A stretch of DNA of 32,000 bases from Deinococcus radiodurans R1 = ATCC 13939 = DSM 20539 (GCF_000008565.1 NC_001263.1:481213-513212), one strand, 5' to 3'; counted from the first letter of the stretch, positions 1-9,723 are shown. Numbers and translations: made by a program. Notes: a model not told the origin generated them from the sequence alone.

Positions 1-2162
1 CTCGTGGCGCGGCGGCTGCCGTCGTGGCGCACCGGGTCCTGGTCGGCGTTTTCGGTCAGGAAGGCCATGTTCAGGCGGTAATAGGTGCGGTAGACGATGC
101 CCCCGGGCGGAATGAAGGTGGCCGTTTCCCGCCCGGCGAGGGCGCCTGCCGTGGCCGCCTGCCATACCGGGGTCGGCACCTCGCCGCTGTAGGCCCAGCT
201 CGGCAGCGTGCCACCTTCCTGCTTGCCGACCCACACCGCGCCGCTTGTCAGTGGGGTCACGCCCGCGAACCACAGGTCCTTGACATCGTTGGTGGTGCCG
301 GTCTTGCCGCCCACCTGCCAGCCGTCGATGCGGGCGCGGGTCGCCAGTCCGCCCTGGTAGGCGCTGAGGTCGTTGACCACGCCGCGAATCATGTCCAGTC
401 CCAGCCACGCCACCCGCTTGTCCCACACCCGCTTGCCCACCGGGTCGGGGCGTTTGTAGAGCACCTTGCCCTGGGGGTCTTCCATGCGGCGCACGGCGCT
501 CGGGGCGTAGTAGAGGCCGCCGTTGGCAAAGGGCGCGTAGGCCGCCGCCATTTGCAGCGGGCTGGCCTCCAGCGTGCCGATGCTCAGGCTCAGACCGCCG
601 TCGCTCGGGGGGGTCAGGCCCAGCTCACGCAGTTTGGTTTCAAAGGTGGGAATGCCGAGTTCCTGCGCCATTCGCACGGTGGGCAGGTTGAGGCTGTGGT
701 TGAGGGCGTAGCGCATGGACACGTACACGCCGGTCCAGGTGCCCGAGTAGTTTTTGGGCTGGTAGTCGCCGGCAATCGGGGCGTCCAGAACGGTGTCGCT
801 CTGCTTCCAGCCCTTTTCCAGCGCCAAGGTGTAGAGCAGCGGCTTGATAGAGCTGCCCACCTGTCGGCGGCTCTGGGTGGCATTGTTCCACTCGTTCGGG
901 CGCCCCGAGCTGAGTTTCTGGCCGACGAGCGCGAGCACCTCACCGTTTTGCGGGTTGACCTGCGCCAGCCCCAGCGTGGCCCCGTCGGGCAATTGCGCCT
1001 GCTGACTCGCCCGCTCGGCGGCCTGCTGGGCTTGCAGGTCCATGCCGGTGAAAATCTTGCCGCCCCGGTACAGCGTGCCCTTGCCGACCTTGCCCGCAAG
1101 TTCGCGCTCGACTTCTTGCAGGTAGGAGAGGTAACGGTACTGCTGGCCCTGCGGCGTCATGCTCGCCAGGTTCTCGGCGAGGCGCTCGGGGCGCTCCAGT
1201 ACGGCGCTGCGCAGGGTGCCGTCGGTCTTCCAGCCCAGGCGCCAGCCCGCCGGGTAAATCGGGGTGATCCACGCCTGCTCGGCCTGCTGCTTGGTGATTT
1301 GCCCGTCTTCTACCATGCGTGAGAGCACCGACTTCATCAGCGGGCGGTAGGCGATGAAGTCTTTGTAGCGGCGGTTGGGCGCGGGAATGATGGTCGCCAG
1401 ATACACGCTCTCGGCGAGGTTGAGGTCCCAGGGTTCTTTCTTGAAATACGCCCGCGCCGCCGCCCCCGCGCCGATGATGTCCTGCGGCCCGCCGTCGCCC
1501 CAGTAGATGACGTTGAGGTAGGCATTGAGAATCTGGTCTTTGTTGAAGCGCCGGTCCACCTGATACGCCAGCACCGCTTCCTTGAACTTGCGCTCGGCGG
1601 TGCGCGCCCCCCCGAGGTCGGAGAGCAGCGTGTTTTTCACGACCTGCTGGGTGATGGAGCTGCCGCCTTCCAGGTCGTTTCGCAGCAGGCCCTTGAGCAG
1701 CCCGCGCGTGACCCCGATCACGTCCACTCCTTTGTGGGTGTAAAAGCGCCGGTCCTCACTCGCCACCACGGCTTTTTGCAGCCAGGAGCTGATCTGCTTG
1801 GGCCCCAGCAGCTCGCGGTTGACGTTGGTGCCGCTCGCCAGGCTGGGGGTCAGCGTCCCGATCAGTTCTCCCCGGCGGTCAAAGACCCGCGTCTGTCCGC
1901 TGAAGTTGATCACGTCCAGGTCCGAGACTTCGGGCAGGTCGCGCCCCCACATCAGCCACATGCCGCCGAAGGTCAGCCCACCCGCCAGCAGCACCACGCC
2001 GATAAGGGTGGGCAGGCACCCGCAGCCCCGCGCTGTCTGCGGAGGCGGGCGTCTACGGGGCGTGCCCTGCCCTGGCCCCGGTGCCGGGGGTGTCGGCGCG
2101 GGCGGGTTCGGGGCGGGGACAGGGGTGGGCGCCGGAGGCTGACCCTGGGACGAGCGCGACAT
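1..2162 (-). CDS. Class A penicillin-binding protein (GT51 transglycosylase + transpeptidase); C-terminus runs off the left edge
   Basis: Absent from the ORF track because it has no in-window stop. Manual minus-strand translation from ATG 2162 gives [16 protein letters not shown]..., then a TM segment. GT51 motifs [12 protein letters not shown] (1757-1722) and GGSSITQQ (1667-1644). Transpeptidase SxxK = SSIK (854-843) and KTGTT (305-291). All motifs are in the frame set by 2162, and that frame is still open at position 1. Confidence 0.9.
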   Translation of the reverse strand, partial: MSRSSQGQPPAPTPVPAPNPPAPTPPAPGPGQGTPRRRPPPQTARGCGCLPTLIGVVLLAGGLTFGGMWLMWGRDLPEVSDLDVINFSGQTRVFDRRGELIGTLTPSLASGTNVNRELLGPKQISSWLQKAVVASEDRRFYTHKGVDVIGVTRGLLKGLLRNDLEGGSSITQQVVKNTLLSDLGGARTAERKFKEAVLAYQVDRRFNKDQILNAYLNVIYWGDGGPQDIIGAGAAARAYFKKEPWDLNLAESVYLATIIPAPNRRYKDFIAYRPLMKSVLSRMVEDGQITKQQAEQAWITPIYPAGWRLGWKTDGTLRSAVLERPERLAENLASMTPQGQQYRYLSYLQEVERELAGKVGKGTLYRGGKIFTGMDLQAQQAAERASQQAQLPDGATLGLAQVNPQNGEVLALVGQKLSSGRPNEWNNATQSRRQVGSSIKPLLYTLALEKGWKQSDTVLDAPIAGDYQPKNYSGTWTGVYVSMRYALNHSLNLPTVRMAQELGIPTFETKLRELGLTPPSDGGLSLSIGTLEASPLQMAAAYAPFANGGLYYAPSAVRRMEDPQGKVLYKRPDPVGKRVWDKRVAWLGLDMIRGVVNDLSAYQGGLATRARIDGWQVGGKTGTTNDVKDLWFAGVTPLTSGAVWVGKQEGGTLPSWAYSGEVPTPVWQAATAGALAGRETATFIPPGGIVYRTYYRLNMAFLTENADQDPVRHDGSRRAT

Positions 2163-2170
2163 ACCTGCAC

Positions 2171-2176
2171 AGCATA
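2171..2176 (-). promoter_or_regulatory. -10 box TATGCT, 8 nt upstream of the PBP ATG (leaderless-type)
   Basis: Plus strand AGCATA. No SD between box and ATG 2162. Confidence 0.45.
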
Positions 2177-2271
2177 GACGGCGAATCTGAAGGTTGCGTC
2201 CGACCTTTGGTTGAGACGCGGGGCCTACGCCCGTGCTGGGGAGTGGGGCAGCGGCGCCCTTCTCCCACCCT

Positions 2272-2299
2272 GTCCCCTGTTACCAGTCCCCTGCTACCA
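2272..2299 (+). repeat. Tandem 14-bp direct repeat in the PBP/ttcA divergent promoter region
   Basis: GTCCCCTGTTACCA (2272-2285) is followed directly by GTCCCCTGCTACCA (2286-2299), with one mismatch. The second copy overlaps a TACCAT -10-like hexamer (2295-2300). Confidence 0.6.
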
Positions 2300-2336
2300 T
2301 AGGCCCCGTTCCCGCGCCCGGCGGAGGTAAACCACC

Positions 2337-3236
2337 ATGACCCAAGCCCTGACCCCGACTGTTTCCAACACTGCTCAACCCGACCCGGCCCGCCTCCTGG
2401 CCCCCATCGTGCGGCAGGTGGGGCAGGCCATCGGGGATTACCGGATGATTGAGCAGGGCGACCGGGTGATGGTGTGCCTGTCGGGCGGCAAGGACAGCTA
2501 TACGCTGCTCGACGTGCTGCTGCACCTGCAAAAGAAGGCGCCGATTGACTTCGAGGTGGTGGCGGTCAATCTGGACCAGGGCCAGCCGGGGTTTCCCAAG
2601 GACGTGCTGCCGCGCTACCTGACCGCGCTCGGCGTGCGGCACGACATTCTGACCGAGGACACCTACAGCGTGGTCAAGGAAAAGACGCCCGAGGGCAAGA
2701 CCACCTGTAGCCTGTGCAGCCGCCTGCGCCGGGGCATCCTGTACCAGCACGCCCGCGAGATCGGCGCGACCAAGATTGCGCTCGGGCACCACCGCGAGGA
2801 CATTCTGGAAACCCTGTTCATGAACATGTTTTTCGGAGCCCGCCTCAAGGCGATGCCGCCCAAGTTGCAGAGCGACGACGGCACCAACGTGGTCATTCGC
2901 CCGCTCGCCTACGTCGCCGAGGCCGACATCATCCGCTACGCGCAGGCCCGCGAGTTTCCCGTCATTCCGTGCAATCTCTGCGGCGCTCAGCCCAACCTGC
3001 AACGCAAAGTCGTGGGCGACATGCTTGAAGGCTGGGAGCGCGAGCATCCGGGGCGGCTCAACAACATCCTGCGCTCGCTGACCCGCGTGACGCCGAGCCA
3101 CCTGCTCGACCGTGAGCTCTACGATTTTGCGTCCCTCAGCGTGACCCCGGCGCAGGGTGACACCGGCTTCGATGCCGAGAGCTTCCCTGAGCGCGAGTTC
3201 ATGGCGGGGCTGAGCGAGCTGAGCCTGTTGCAATAG
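2337..3236 (+). CDS. ttcA: tRNA-cytidine(32) 2-sulfurtransferase TtcA (PP-loop ATPase)
   Basis: 299-aa ORF with PP-loop SGGKDS and Cys motifs [10 protein letters not shown] and CNLCG. GGAGG lies 9 nt upstream of the ATG. Confidence 0.9.
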   Translation: MTQALTPTVSNTAQPDPARLLAPIVRQVGQAIGDYRMIEQGDRVMVCLSGGKDSYTLLDVLLHLQKKAPIDFEVVAVNLDQGQPGFPKDVLPRYLTALGVRHDILTEDTYSVVKEKTPEGKTTCSLCSRLRRGILYQHAREIGATKIALGHHREDILETLFMNMFFGARLKAMPPKLQSDDGTNVVIRPLAYVAEADIIRYAQAREFPVIPCNLCGAQPNLQRKVVGDMLEGWEREHPGRLNNILRSLTRVTPSHLLDRELYDFASLSVTPAQGDTGFDAESFPEREFMAGLSELSLLQ

Positions 3237-3261
3237 TCCGTTTGCAAAGTCGGTCTGGATG

Positions 3262-3316
3262 CCCCCTCACCCCTTGCTTCGCAAGGCCCTCTCCCACCAG
3301 GGTAGAGGGTCAAAAG
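3262..3316 (+). repeat. SNR-like palindromic small noncoding repeat, copy A
   Basis: CCCCCTCACCCCTTGCTTCGCAAGGCCCTCTCCCACCAGGGTAGAGGGTCAAAAG lies between convergent ttcA and the membrane-protein gene. It contains hairpins CCTTGC/GCAAGG and CCCTCT/AGAGGG. It is about 90% identical to the reverse complement of copy B. Confidence 0.8.
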
Positions 3317-3321
3317 CATAT

Positions 3322-3849
3322 TTATTTTCTTACTCGCAATTCTTCCGCTCCCGCCCCGAATCGTTCGCGCAGGAAGCGGCCCTGGGTGAGCAGGCGGTCT
3401 GCGGCGGCGTGGTCGCGGCGCAGGGCTTCGTGGACGCCGTCGGTCATCAGGGCGAGTTGCTCGTCGAGCAGTTGCTCGGGGCTCTGACCCTGCGCGGTGA
3501 GCTGGCGCCGGGCGCCGTCGGTCAGGTGCAGGTAGGCCCGCAGGGTGTCGGGCAGATAACTCTGGCGCGTCTGGGCGAGCAAAAAGCGGGTGCGGGTGTC
3601 GGCGCTGCTGCCCTCGCTTAGGCCGTCGTGGACGAGACACAGCAGCTCCCAGGCGTGGCGGCGAGCCGGCTCGGGAAGGGCGAGCAGTAGAGATTCGCTC
3701 ACGGGTTCAGCAGGGGCTACCGGGTCGGGCAGCATCGGGGAAGCCGCCGGGCCGGGGAGCGGGGGCTGCTGGCGCTGCCGTTGCTGGTCCCGGTAAGTGA
3801 CAAACCCGATGACACCGAAGACCACCAACAGAATCAGCACTGCGCCCAT
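3322..3849 (-). CDS. Hypothetical single-pass membrane protein (N-terminal TM helix, Pro-rich linker, helical C-terminal domain)
   Basis: 175-aa ORF with TM segment MGAVLILLVVFGVIGFV. It starts 16 nt after the SPFH gene stop, with AGGA upstream. No family recognised. Confidence 0.6.
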   Translation of the reverse strand: MGAVLILLVVFGVIGFVTYRDQQRQRQQPPLPGPAASPMLPDPVAPAEPVSESLLLALPEPARRHAWELLCLVHDGLSEGSSADTRTRFLLAQTRQSYLPDTLRAYLHLTDGARRQLTAQGQSPEQLLDEQLALMTDGVHEALRRDHAAADRLLTQGRFLRERFGAGAEELRVRK

Positions 3850-3865
3850 AGCTCTATCCTAGCGT

Positions 3866-4852
3866 TCAGGGCTGCCCCGCGCCGTTGCCGTTCTGACCAT
3901 TGGCGTTCGCGGCGCGCCCGAGGTCTTGCAGGTTGAGCAGGAAGTTGCCGTCGGCGGGCAGCATCACGGTCTGGATGCCGGGCGAGAGCTTTTCGGCCAC
4001 CGTGAGCTGAATCAGTTGCGGGTTCTCGCGCAGGGCCTTGCCGCGCAGCGAGAGCGCCTCGGCCTCGCCGCGTGCGGTGGCGACTGCCGCCTTCGCCTTG
4101 CCCTCGGCGTCCACGACCGCCTGCTGCGCCGAAATCTGGGCCTGTTGCAGCCGGTTTTTTTGCACGGCGACCTGCTGCTCGGCGGTCTGCTTTTCCTCGA
4201 TGGCCTTGGCGACCGAATCGGGAATCTTGAGTTCGCGCAGCAGCACCGAGTCCAGCATGAGGTTGTTGCGGCTGAATTCTTCGCGCAGGGCCTTGGTGAC
4301 GCTTTCTTCCACCTGTTTGCGCTCGGTGGAAATCAGCTCGGCGGCCCCGAATTGCCCGATGGCGTCGCGCACCTTGCTTCTGACCTGGGGCCGGATGACC
4401 GTGCGCTGGTAGTCGTGCCCGAGCTGCTTGTGCAGCGCCGCCGCCTGGTTGCGGTCGATGCGGTACTGCACCGTCACCTCCGCCGTGATGCCCAGCCCTT
4501 CCTTGGAGCGGGCATTGATGGCACCCTCGTCGCCGTCGCGCGCGGTGTTCGAGAGCGTCACTTCCTGCAAGCGGGCGTCGTAGAGGTTGAGCTGCTGTAT
4601 TCCCGGCACCACGAAATGCACGCCTTCTTGCAGGGTGCTGAGCTGGCCGCTGAGTTTGTTGAAGCCGACGCCCACGAATCCCGCCGGCACCACCCGCACG
4701 CTCTGAAACAGCAGCACGGCGGCGAGTGCGAGCCCCCCGAGCAGCAGGGCGCGGTTGGTGGTCAGGCCGGGGCCGCTGGGACGAACACCCGGCACTCGCT
4801 GGCGCTTGGGGTTCGCGTTGTCTGGCGTCGTGTTGTCGGGGCGCTGGGTCAT
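3866..4852 (-). CDS. SPFH/band-7 (prohibitin/HflC-like) membrane protein
   Basis: 328-aa ORF with an N-terminal TM segment (ALLLGGLALAAVLLF), an SPFH-type core and a Gln/Ala-rich coiled-coil tail (AEQQVAVQKNRLQQAQISAQQA). Confidence 0.85.
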   Translation of the reverse strand: MTQRPDNTTPDNANPKRQRVPGVRPSGPGLTTNRALLLGGLALAAVLLFQSVRVVPAGFVGVGFNKLSGQLSTLQEGVHFVVPGIQQLNLYDARLQEVTLSNTARDGDEGAINARSKEGLGITAEVTVQYRIDRNQAAALHKQLGHDYQRTVIRPQVRSKVRDAIGQFGAAELISTERKQVEESVTKALREEFSRNNLMLDSVLLRELKIPDSVAKAIEEKQTAEQQVAVQKNRLQQAQISAQQAVVDAEGKAKAAVATARGEAEALSLRGKALRENPQLIQLTVAEKLSPGIQTVMLPADGNFLLNLQDLGRAANANGQNGNGAGQP

Positions 4853-4888
4853 GCCTCCAGTACGCGTGGGCCGGGAAAAAAGTTCCGT

Positions 4889-5281
4889 CTACTCGGCGGC
4901 GTCCAGGTACACCCAGCGCCCATCAAGCTGCACGAAGCGGCTGCGTTCGCGCATGTTGTGGGGCTGCCCGTCCGGGCCTTTCATGCTCGCCGTGAACTCC
5001 ACCTCGTCGCCCTCCGCGCGGTGAATCCGCAGGCCGGTGTACTTCACGCCGTCGTTGAGGTCGAGTTCGGCGGGCACGGTGTCCGGGTGCCACGTTCGGC
5101 GCACGTAGTCGGCGTCGGCCAGCGCGTAGGCCGCGTAGCGCGAGCGCATCAGGGCTTCGGGGGTCGGCGCGTCCCGCTCGCCGGTATGAAACGGCTGACA
5201 GCAGGCGGCGTAGCTGCGCCCACTGCCGCAGGGGCAGGGCTTGAAGGGAGGCCAGAACTGGGGGCCAGTAGGACGGGACAT
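4889..5281 (-). CDS. YchJ-family (UPF0225) protein with SEC-C zinc motif
   Basis: ORF 4889..5350 trimmed to ATG 5281 (MSRPTGPQFW...) because a TACCAT -10 box sits 6 nt upstream. SEC-C motif CPCGSGRSYAACC. Confidence 0.8.
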   Translation of the reverse strand: MSRPTGPQFWPPFKPCPCGSGRSYAACCQPFHTGERDAPTPEALMRSRYAAYALADADYVRRTWHPDTVPAELDLNDGVKYTGLRIHRAEGDEVEFTASMKGPDGQPHNMRERSRFVQLDGRWVYLDAAE

Positions 5282-5287
5282 GGGGGG

Positions 5288-5293
5288 ATGGTA
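5288..5293 (-). promoter_or_regulatory. -10 box TACCAT, 6 nt upstream of the ychJ-family ATG
   Basis: Plus strand ATGGTA. ATG at 5281. Confidence 0.45.
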
Positions 5294-5375
5294 GTGGGGA
5301 GACCGGGACAAGGCAAAGGGCTGTCCCGGAGGCGCTGGACTGCGCTCCATTCCGGCGCAGTCGGCAAAGAGCGGC

Positions 5376-6314
5376 TCAGACCCGGCAGCCGACTCGCCAG
5401 GTCAGGTAACGCTGATACACGGCTGGGTCGAAGACGTTCTGATAATCGGCTCGACTGATCTTTTTTTCGCACTCCAGCTGCATCAGGAGATAAAGCGTGC
5501 TTTCGGCCTCGCCCTTGTCGTTCTTGACCGCCGCGAGCCGCCGTTTGAGGAAGGTAGCGGCCAGCTTCGGCTGGGCAGGAAAACCGGGGTGATCATCGGC
5601 CAGGACCAGGGCCATCTGGACCCACATGGCCGAATTGTCCGTACGCCGGGCCATCTCCAGCGCCCTGGAATAATCGTGTGAGTCGAGATAAATACCCATC
5701 AGCCAGTCCAGCGCCGTGGTGTCTTTGGGCTCGAGCTTCAGGATTTCTTCCAGGTAGGCGCGGGTCTGCTTGGCGCTGGGCTGGAAACCGGGCAGACGGA
5801 AGTCTTCGCGTTCCGGGTTGGTCTGCCGCGCCAGTTCCAATGCCGCTTCCGCTCTGACGCTGCCGCCGGAATGCTGGTAGGCCCGCTGAAGATAACGGGC
5901 GGCCAGCCTGGGGTTCTTTGGCTGACCGAGCAAACTGTATTCGTACACGTTGAACAGAAACAGCTCTGCGCTGGCAAATTTCTGGTCGGCGGCCTTCGTG
6001 TACCACTGCATGGCTACCCGGGCGTCTTGTGGGGTCCCCTGACCAGTCGTAAAGAGGTCGTAGGTCCGGGCATACATGAACTGCGCCAGGGGGTCGCCCG
6101 CTTTGGCCCGCGCGGCGAGCTTGGTCCGCCACCCTGGAAGTCGCTGCACCTCTACCTTGCCCAGCCCGACATCCAGCACCCTGGCAAAAGCCTGCGCTTC
6201 GGCTGGGGTGATGCGGGTGGTCAGCGGATACTTCGCCGCCTGACCCGGCAGTGGAAAAGTGGTCTGCGCCGAGGCAAACCCGGAGAGACACAGTGCCAGG
6301 AGCAGCCGTTTCAT
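5376..6314 (-). CDS. Secreted Sel1-like (TPR-family) repeat protein
   Basis: ORF 5376..6608 trimmed to ATG 6314, which gives signal peptide MKRLLLALCLSGFASAQT. Sel1-type signatures are present, e.g. AMQWYTKAADQ. GC is about 55-60% on sampled lines, below its neighbours. Confidence 0.75.
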   Translation of the reverse strand: MKRLLLALCLSGFASAQTTFPLPGQAAKYPLTTRITPAEAQAFARVLDVGLGKVEVQRLPGWRTKLAARAKAGDPLAQFMYARTYDLFTTGQGTPQDARVAMQWYTKAADQKFASAELFLFNVYEYSLLGQPKNPRLAARYLQRAYQHSGGSVRAEAALELARQTNPEREDFRLPGFQPSAKQTRAYLEEILKLEPKDTTALDWLMGIYLDSHDYSRALEMARRTDNSAMWVQMALVLADDHPGFPAQPKLAATFLKRRLAAVKNDKGEAESTLYLLMQLECEKKISRADYQNVFDPAVYQRYLTWRVGCRV

Positions 6315-6320
6315 GGCCTC

Positions 6321-6326
6321 AGGGTA
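6321..6326 (-). promoter_or_regulatory. -10 box TACCCT, 6 nt upstream of the Sel1-repeat gene ATG
   Basis: Plus strand AGGGTA. ATG at 6314. Confidence 0.4.
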
Positions 6327-6413
6327 AGTGAAGACTGACCGGCGCGGCTTAACGGTGGGGCGAGGGCTGGAGCAGCGGCAGAGTGGAACGCTCTTCTCTA
6401 ACCACCCCAGAGC

Positions 6414-6441
6414 AAGCCCGCTGACTCCGCTCAGCGGGCTT
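6414..6441. other. 11-bp perfect inverted repeat directly upstream of the gltX -10 box and start
   Basis: AAGCCCGCTGA (6414-6424), CTCCGC loop, TCAGCGGGCTT (6431-6441). Confidence 0.7.
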
Positions 6442-6446
6442 ATGCT
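6441..6446 (+). promoter_or_regulatory. -10 box TATGCT, 7 nt upstream of the gltX ATG
   Basis: ATG at 6454. The box directly follows an 11-bp perfect hairpin. Confidence 0.45.
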
Positions 6447-6453
6447 GTCTCTC

Positions 6454-7905
6454 ATGTCTGCTCCCAGCTCCCCGCGCGTGACCCGCATTGCCCCCAGCCC
6501 CACCGGCGACCCGCACGTCGGCACGGCGTACATCGGGCTGTTCAACCACACCCTCGCCCGCCAGAGCGGAGGCCGCTTCATCCTGCGGGTGGAGGACACC
6601 GACCGCAACCGCTACGTCCCCGACAGCGAAAAACGCATTTTCCAGATGATGCAGTGGCTGAACCTCACCCCCGACGAAAGCCCGCTGCAAGGCGGTCCCA
6701 ACGGGCCTTACCGCCAGTCCGAGCGCTTCGACCTCTACGGCGACTACGCCCGTCAGCTCGTGCAGAGCGGGCACGCCTACTACGCCTTCGAAACGTCCGA
6801 TGAACTCGCCGCCCTGCGTGAGGAAGCGCAGAAGGCCGGGCACGTCATCGCCATTCCCAGCCGTGACTTGGGCGCGGCGCAGGCGCAGGCGCGGGTGGAC
6901 GCGGGCGAGCCGGCGGTCATTCGCCTGAAGGTGGACCGCGACGGCGAAACGGTGGTCAACGACCTGCTGCGCGACCCCATCCACTTTGCCAACAAGGAAA
7001 TTGACGACAAGGTGCTGCTCAAGGCCGACGGCTTTCCCACCTACCACCTCGCCAACGTGGTGGACGACCGCTTAATGCAAGTCACCCACGTGGTCCGCGC
7101 CGAGGAGTGGATTACCTCCACGCCTATTCACGTACTGCTTTACCGCGCCTTCGGCTGGCCGGAGCCCGTGTTCGCGCACATGCCGCTGCTGCGCAACGCC
7201 GACAAATCCAAGATTTCCAAGCGCAAGAATCCCACCAGCGTGGAGTGGTACCAGAACCAGGGTTTCCTCCCCGAAGCGATGCTCAACTTTCTGGCGACGA
7301 TGGGCTGGACGCACCCGGACGGCCAGGAAATCTTCGACCTCGCCGAGTTCGAGCGGGTCTTTCGTCTCGAGGACGTGACGCTCGGCGGCCCGGTCTTCGA
7401 CCTCGCCAAGCTGCGCTGGTACAACGGCAAGTACCTGCGCGAAGTACTGAGCGAGGACGACGTGGCGCGGCGACTGCACGCCTTCCTGATGCAGAACAAA
7501 GTCACGCTGCCCAGCGTAGACGGCCCGCAGGACCCTTACTTCCGCGCCGTCACCCACCTGATGATTCCCCGCCTGGAAGTCTTCGCCGACTTCATGGACA
7601 AGACGCTCTACTTCTGGTCCGAGGATTACCCGGTGAACGAGAAGGCGCAGAAAGCCATCGACGCGGGCAAAGAGTTGCTGCCTGAGCTGGCCGCCCGCCT
7701 CAAGAACCTGCCGACCTTCGATGCCGCGAGCATCAAGGAGATGTTCCACGCCTACGCCGAGGAAAAGGGCCTGAAGATGGGTAAAGTGATGCCCCCCATC
7801 CGCGCCGCCGTCGCGGGCACGATGGAAAGCCCCGACCTGCCGGAGATGCTTGAAGCGCTGGGCCGCGAGCGCGTGCTGGCGCGGGTGGAAAAAGCCGCCC
7901 GCTGA
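6454..7905 (+). CDS. gltX: Glutamate--tRNA ligase
   Basis: HIGH-region PSPTGDPHVGTAY and KMSKS-type KISKR. Start taken as ATG 6454 (alternative 6442), not the longest-ORF start 6328. TATGCT lies 7 nt upstream. Confidence 0.93.
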   Translation: MSAPSSPRVTRIAPSPTGDPHVGTAYIGLFNHTLARQSGGRFILRVEDTDRNRYVPDSEKRIFQMMQWLNLTPDESPLQGGPNGPYRQSERFDLYGDYARQLVQSGHAYYAFETSDELAALREEAQKAGHVIAIPSRDLGAAQAQARVDAGEPAVIRLKVDRDGETVVNDLLRDPIHFANKEIDDKVLLKADGFPTYHLANVVDDRLMQVTHVVRAEEWITSTPIHVLLYRAFGWPEPVFAHMPLLRNADKSKISKRKNPTSVEWYQNQGFLPEAMLNFLATMGWTHPDGQEIFDLAEFERVFRLEDVTLGGPVFDLAKLRWYNGKYLREVLSEDDVARRLHAFLMQNKVTLPSVDGPQDPYFRAVTHLMIPRLEVFADFMDKTLYFWSEDYPVNEKAQKAIDAGKELLPELAARLKNLPTFDAASIKEMFHAYAEEKGLKMGKVMPPIRAAVAGTMESPDLPEMLEALGRERVLARVEKAAR

Positions 7906-7918
7906 CCGCGAACAGGGA

Positions 7919-7970
7919 AGAGGGTGGAGAGTCGAGGGTCCGTCTCTCCGTTCTCCACCCTCTCCTTTTT
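7919..7970 (+). terminator. Intrinsic terminator after gltX (possibly bidirectional; the lipoprotein gene converges on it)
   Basis: 12-bp perfect stem AGAGGGTGGAGA (7919-7930) / TCTCCACCCTCT (7952-7963), followed by TTTTT (7966-7970). Confidence 0.8.
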
Positions 7971-7982
7971 CGCTCGGCGCCC

Positions 7983-8441
7983 TCAGCGCAACTGCGCGGT
8001 GCAGCCGCCGAACTCGCTGCCCGAGAGCAGCAGGCGGCCCGTCAGGCGGGTGGCGTTGGGCGTGGCATTTTCCAGGCGGCAGTCGTAGTCGGTGCCATTT
8101 TCCGACCAGTAGAAGTCGAGGCGCTGGCCCAGGCGGTTGAGCGACACGGCGGGAAACAGGGTCGTGCCCTCGGGCGCCCGGCCCCGCTGCGCGGCGAGCA
8201 GTCCGGCGGCGTCGAGGTTGCTGTAGACGCCGGGCGCCGTCTCGAAAATCTCGGTCAGCCGGAACGTCATCCGCGAGCCGACGGCGAGGCTGCCGCCCTC
8301 CACGTCCCAGGTCTGCCCGGCGGCGAGCGGCGCCGAGGGAGCCGGAACGGGCGTCCGGTCGGCGCGGCTCAGGGCGTTGAAGGTGGGCGCGCACGACGGG
8401 AGCAGCGCGGCGCAGGCGAGCAGCGGCAACAGTTTGTTCAT
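7983..8441 (-). CDS. Hypothetical lipoprotein
   Basis: ORF 7983..8504 trimmed to ATG 8441, giving MNKLLPLLACAALLPSC with a lipobox-like LPSC. TACAGT -10 box lies 7 nt upstream. No family recognised. Confidence 0.6.
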   Translation of the reverse strand: MNKLLPLLACAALLPSCAPTFNALSRADRTPVPAPSAPLAAGQTWDVEGGSLAVGSRMTFRLTEIFETAPGVYSNLDAAGLLAAQRGRAPEGTTLFPAVSLNRLGQRLDFYWSENGTDYDCRLENATPNATRLTGRLLLSGSEFGGCTAQLR

Positions 8442-8448
8442 AGGCCGA

Positions 8449-8454
8449 ACTGTA
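8449..8454 (-). promoter_or_regulatory. -10 box TACAGT, 7 nt upstream of the lipoprotein ATG
   Basis: Plus strand ACTGTA. ATG at 8441. Confidence 0.45.
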
Positions 8455-8520
8455 GCCCAGCCACCTGGGGAGCGGATAAGAAGGTGACGCAGCGCCATCT
8501 CCACTCAGCACCGCACCCAC

Positions 8521-9708
<1,188 letters not shown>

Positions 9709-9717
9709 GCAGGGCCG

Positions 9718-9723
9718 AGGCTA
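9718..9723 (-). promoter_or_regulatory. -10 box TAGCCT, 9 nt upstream of the permease ATG
   Basis: Plus strand AGGCTA. ATG at 9708. Confidence 0.35.

Noticed and set aside
24-1322. 432-aa + strand ORF, the longest listed ORF in the first 2 kb
   Set aside because: It is Ala/Gly/Arg/Val-rich low-complexity sequence lying antisense to the class A PBP reading frame, which carries all the GT51 and transpeptidase motifs. It is a typical high-GC shadow ORF.
3926-5458. 510-aa + strand ORF across the SPFH/ychJ region
   Set aside because: It is antisense to two well-supported minus-strand genes and spans their intergenic gap. Its composition is dominated by Arg/Ala/Gly/Leu, and no motifs are present.
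6328-6453. N-terminal extensions of longest ORFs: gltX from 6328, pdxH from 13511, mutM from 12763, FprA-type from 14871, sdaAB from 16336, alaX from 22402, Sel1 from 6608, lipoprotein from 8504, ychJ-like from 5350, PQQ gene from 24809
   Set aside because: The extensions are not protein-like and remove signal peptides or conserved N-termini from their proper position. Each would run over a TAnnnT box located 5-9 nt upstream of the internal start that I chose.
7072-8520. 482-aa minus-strand ORF overlapping gltX and the lipoprotein gene
   Set aside because: It is a shadow of gltX (Arg/Ala/Gly-rich). gltX carries its class I synthetase motifs on the + strand.
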